DNA from: Mobula hypostoma | Taxonomy: Eukaryota | Direction: 5' to 3' | DNA length: 64,000 nucleotides | Assembly: GCF_963921235.1 (NCBI RefSeq) | Contig: NC_086097.1 | Location: forward strand, 240,066,001-240,130,000 | Shown here: in pieces, positions 61,151 through 64,000 of the stretch | How the letters are laid out: every line of letters begins with the position of its first letter | Position numbering within the stretch: the stretch's first letter is position 1 | The notes under the pieces: generated by a model | Seen by the model: only the letters and a program-made list of their open reading frames with translations | Database searches by the model: none | What the model was told of the DNA's origin: nothing | Made by a program: the position numbers and the translations under genes

Positions 61151-61380
61151 CCGCCCCCATGTCTCGCATGTGGTGGCGGCATGCAGGGAAGATGGCGGCA
61201 AGCAAGATGGCGACCCCCACGTCGCACACGCGGTGGCAGTGTGCAGGGAAGATGGCATCAGGGAAGATGGCGACCCCCATGTCTCGCACGTGGTGGCAGT
61301 GTGCAGGCAAGATGGCGACCCCCATGTCTCGCACGTGGTGGCAGTGTGCAGGGAAGATGGCGACCCCCAAGTTTCGCACG
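61140..61380 (-). repeat. In-frame 45-bp tandem repeat between the Gag knuckle and protease
   Basis: Five units of CETWGSPSSLHTATT, two with a 15-bp insertion. Confidence 0.85.
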
Positions 61381-62127
61381 CAGCGCTGCTCAATCCTGCT
61401 CGCGGTTTTGACTTACAGACCTTGGCGAAGTGGCCCTTCTTTCGCAGCCGGAGCAGGTAGCTTATCGGGCCGCGCAGCGTTTCCGGGGGTGTTTCTCCAG
61501 TCCGCAGAAGTAGCACTTCGCAGACTCGCGACTGGCAGCAGCCATGGTTGATTCGCCGGCGGGTTGCGGGGTCTACGGCGCCCACGAGGCCATCGGGGGA
61601 TCGCGTGCCTGGAGAGCCTCGGAGTTATGTAGAGCGGCCTCCAACGTATCAGTCAGCTCGATCGCCGAACTTAGGGTAAGATCGGCTTTTTCCAGCAGCC
61701 GCTGGCGCACGTACACTGACCTGGTCCCCGTGACGAAGGCGTCCTTCACTAGGAGCTCTTCATGCTGCGCCGCCGTCAGCTCCGGGCAATTGCAGGCCCG
61801 TACGAGCATCTGTAGTGTCCGGACAAACTCGGCACTCGATTCCCCAGGCCGCTGGTGCCGAGTCGCTAATCAGTGCTATGCATAGACGGCGTTTATTGGC
61901 TGCAGGTATTGTCTTTTAAGGGCACTCATTGCGCCGTCGTAGTTCAGCTGGTCTCTGATCAGCGAATAAACCCGTGGATTGACCCTGGAGAGCTTCGCTA
62001 CGGGGTCGGCCGCTTTACTCTCCTCTAAGTACGCTTCGAAGCAGGCCAGCCAGAGTTCGAAAGCGTTTCCAGCTTCAGGTGTTTGCAGATCGAGGTCTAA
62101 TTTGTCTGGTCTCAGTGTGTGTTCCAT
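61381..62127 (-). pseudogene. gag: gag, interrupted by stops/frameshifts
   Basis: MEHTLRPDKLDLD...WLACF; LVKDAFVTG...VRQRLLE; decayed CCHC ...KKGHFAKVC. Confidence 0.8.
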
Positions 62128-62136
62128 GCTTTAAAA

Positions 62137-62152
62137 TGTACAGCGAATAAAA
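62137..62152 (-). promoter_or_regulatory. PBS position occupied by a 16-nt sequence complementary to the element's own LTR
   Basis: Minus strand TTTTATTCGCTGTACA one base after the 5' LTR; exact reverse complement of the LTR segment at 62208-62223; no TGG start. Confidence 0.8.
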
Positions 62153-62153
62153 T

Positions 62154-62390
62154 TGTAGCACCTTCAATAACTCCAAAAGACTGAGGTTTGGTAAAATACT
62201 GAATGGCTTTTATTCGCTGTACAATATGACCTCCACAACCTCCACGGTGAGTGTCTGCCCCGGACTGAGGGGGAGGGGCAAGGCGAACACCCTTATACAG
62301 GACTCTGTGGGAGGAGCCACAGGGGCAGTCAGCAGAGGGGTGTGTCCAGACAGTTAACCCAGTTACAACATATATATATGGTTTACCACA
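62154..62390 (-). repeat. 5' LTR
   Basis: TG...CA termini, TATA-like gtataa at about 62293-62298 and AATAAA at about 62209-62214 on the minus strand. Confidence 0.93.
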
Positions 62391-62584
62391 ACTTCATCAG
62401 GACTAACTGAAAGAAGTGATAGTAAGAGATTTTTACAATTTTTAGATATTTTTGGTGAAACTAGGACTACAGGTCATAGGGTTTGGGTGAAAGGTAAAAT
62501 ATTAAAGGGGAAACTGAGAAGGTCATTGGGCAGTTTTTCATTGATTCTGTTATGGTAATTATTCTATAAATTTATAGATTTATA

Positions 62585-63008
62585 GATTCCAGAACTGGCT
62601 TGCCCACAGAAGGCAAAGAGTGGTTGTAGAGGGTCATATCCTGCCTGGAGGTCAGTCACCAATGGAGTGCCTCAGGGATCATGTAGATAGAGGCTTTTTC
62701 CCAGAGCTGAAATGGTTCCCACAAGAGGACACAGGTTTAAGGTGCTGGGGAGTAGGTACAGAGGAGATGTCAGGGGTATGTTTTTTACTCAGAGAGTGGT
62801 GAGTGCGTGGAATGGGCTACCGGCAACGGTGGTGGAGGCAGATACAATAGGGTCTTTTAAGAGGCTTTTGGATAGGTACATGGAGCTTAGTAAAATAGAG
62901 GGCTATAGGTAAGCCTAGTAATTTCGAAGGTAGGAACATGTTCGGCACAACTTTGTGGGCCGAAGGGCCTGTATTGTGCTGTAGGTTTTCTATCTTTCTA
63001 TGTTTCTA
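62585..63008 (+). mobile_element. CR1 LINE fragment with large internal deletion
   Basis: GVPQGS remnant fused directly to the ORF2 end TRGHRFKV...FFTQRVVSAWNGLP; (tttctatg)n tail. Confidence 0.85.
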
Positions 63009-63650
63009 TTTATTGAGTATGCCCACATGAAAATGAATCTCAGGATTAAATATGGTGACGTATATGTACTTTGATATGTATTTCACCCAAACATATGTAC
63101 TTTGGCCATTAACCAAAACATATACAGTATTTCATCAAGTATTTACAGTCTATTGGGATCGAGGTTTAGGATACACTAAAGCAACTCACTAATAGCTTCA
63201 TCTACCACACCTGGGGCCAGCTAGGCCAGTTTCAGCAGACGCATACTAATAGCTTCACTTCCAATTTCTTCTCAAGTGTGTCAAAAGATGGCAAGGTCGC
63301 ATGTGATATTATAAGGAAAAAAAGAAAGAATAGTAAGTAAGCTCTGGATTATCATTTGTAAAAATTTCAGATGCTCATGCTGTTCGCTGTGAAACTGTAG
63401 AAAATATGTGTTGTCTCTCAGAAAAGAGAAATAGTTGACAGTGTTAACATACTTTGCTTGGCGTTGTTAGAAGAGAAATATCCTTTTGGTCCGCATGGAT
63501 TCGATGAATTACAATTACTTTTATTTATTTTTCCTACCGCTCCTCAGAATCGGATTTAATATCACTGACTTAAGTCATGAAATTTATTGATTTGCAGTCC
63601 CAGTAGAGTGTAATACATCCAATAATTATAAATTACAACAAAAATATATA

Positions 63651-64000
63651 CAGTGCCTGTAAAAGTACTCACCCCCTTTGGAAGTTTTCGTGTTTTATTG
63701 TCGTACAACATTGAATCACAATGGATTTAATTTGGCTCTTTTGACACTGATCAACAGAAAAGACACTTTCATGTCAAAGTGAAACCAAATTTCAACAAAC
63801 TGGTCAAAATTTATTAGAAATATTGATACAAAATAATTGATTGCATAATTATTCACCTCCTTTAAGTCAGTATTTAGCACATTTGGCTGTGATTACAGCT
63901 CAAGTCTGTGTGAATAGGTCTCTATCAGCTTTGCACATCTGGATACTGCAACTTTTACTCATTCTTCTTTCGAAAACTGTTCAAGCTCTGTCAGATTGCA
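63651..64000. mobile_element. Tc1-like transposon end (runs off window)
   Basis: TA + cagtgcctgtaaaagtactcacccc terminus, with internal repeat ataattattcacctccttt typical of Tc1 TIRs. Confidence 0.7.

Larger units (their letters stand above)
57801..62390 (-). mobile_element. Gypsy LTR retrotransposon, full-length but decayed, non-tRNA PBS
   Basis: LTRs 57801-58029 and 62154-62390 (TG...CA); PPT 58034-58047; gag-PR-RT-RH-IN order; degenerate 5-bp TSD ccctc/acttc inside a Penelope terminus. Confidence 0.95.

Noticed and set aside
61140..61380. CRISPR-like array
   Set aside because: The units are contiguous repeats without unique spacers and lie in frame within a retrotransposon ORF in eukaryotic DNA.

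Overview
Eukaryotic, repeat-saturated genomic DNA. The repeat repertoire (HE1-like V-SINEs, many CR1 and Rex1/Babar LINEs, Penelope-like elements) points by inference to a cartilaginous fish, probably a ray. No host gene can be supported with confidence; one weak signal-peptide-exon candidate lies at 17651-17711 (-). There are two LTR-bounded Gypsy elements. One is SCAN-domain, Gmr1-like and non-autonomous (34247-39204). The other is a decayed full-length element (57801-62390) whose primer-binding site is a perfect 16-nt complement of its own LTR poly(A)-signal region rather than of a tRNA. Also present are a CsRn1-like half element, an R4/Dong-clade LINE relic, an L1 fragment, Tc1 relics and two families of short AAGATGG-headed non-autonomous retroposons. 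At least four Penelope insertions share one fold-back architecture: inverted arms, hammerhead ribozyme motifs and 12-13 bp target duplications. One Rex1/Babar copy has a twin-priming-type 5' inversion. All calls were made by eye without database searches, and boundaries of old repeats are approximate.
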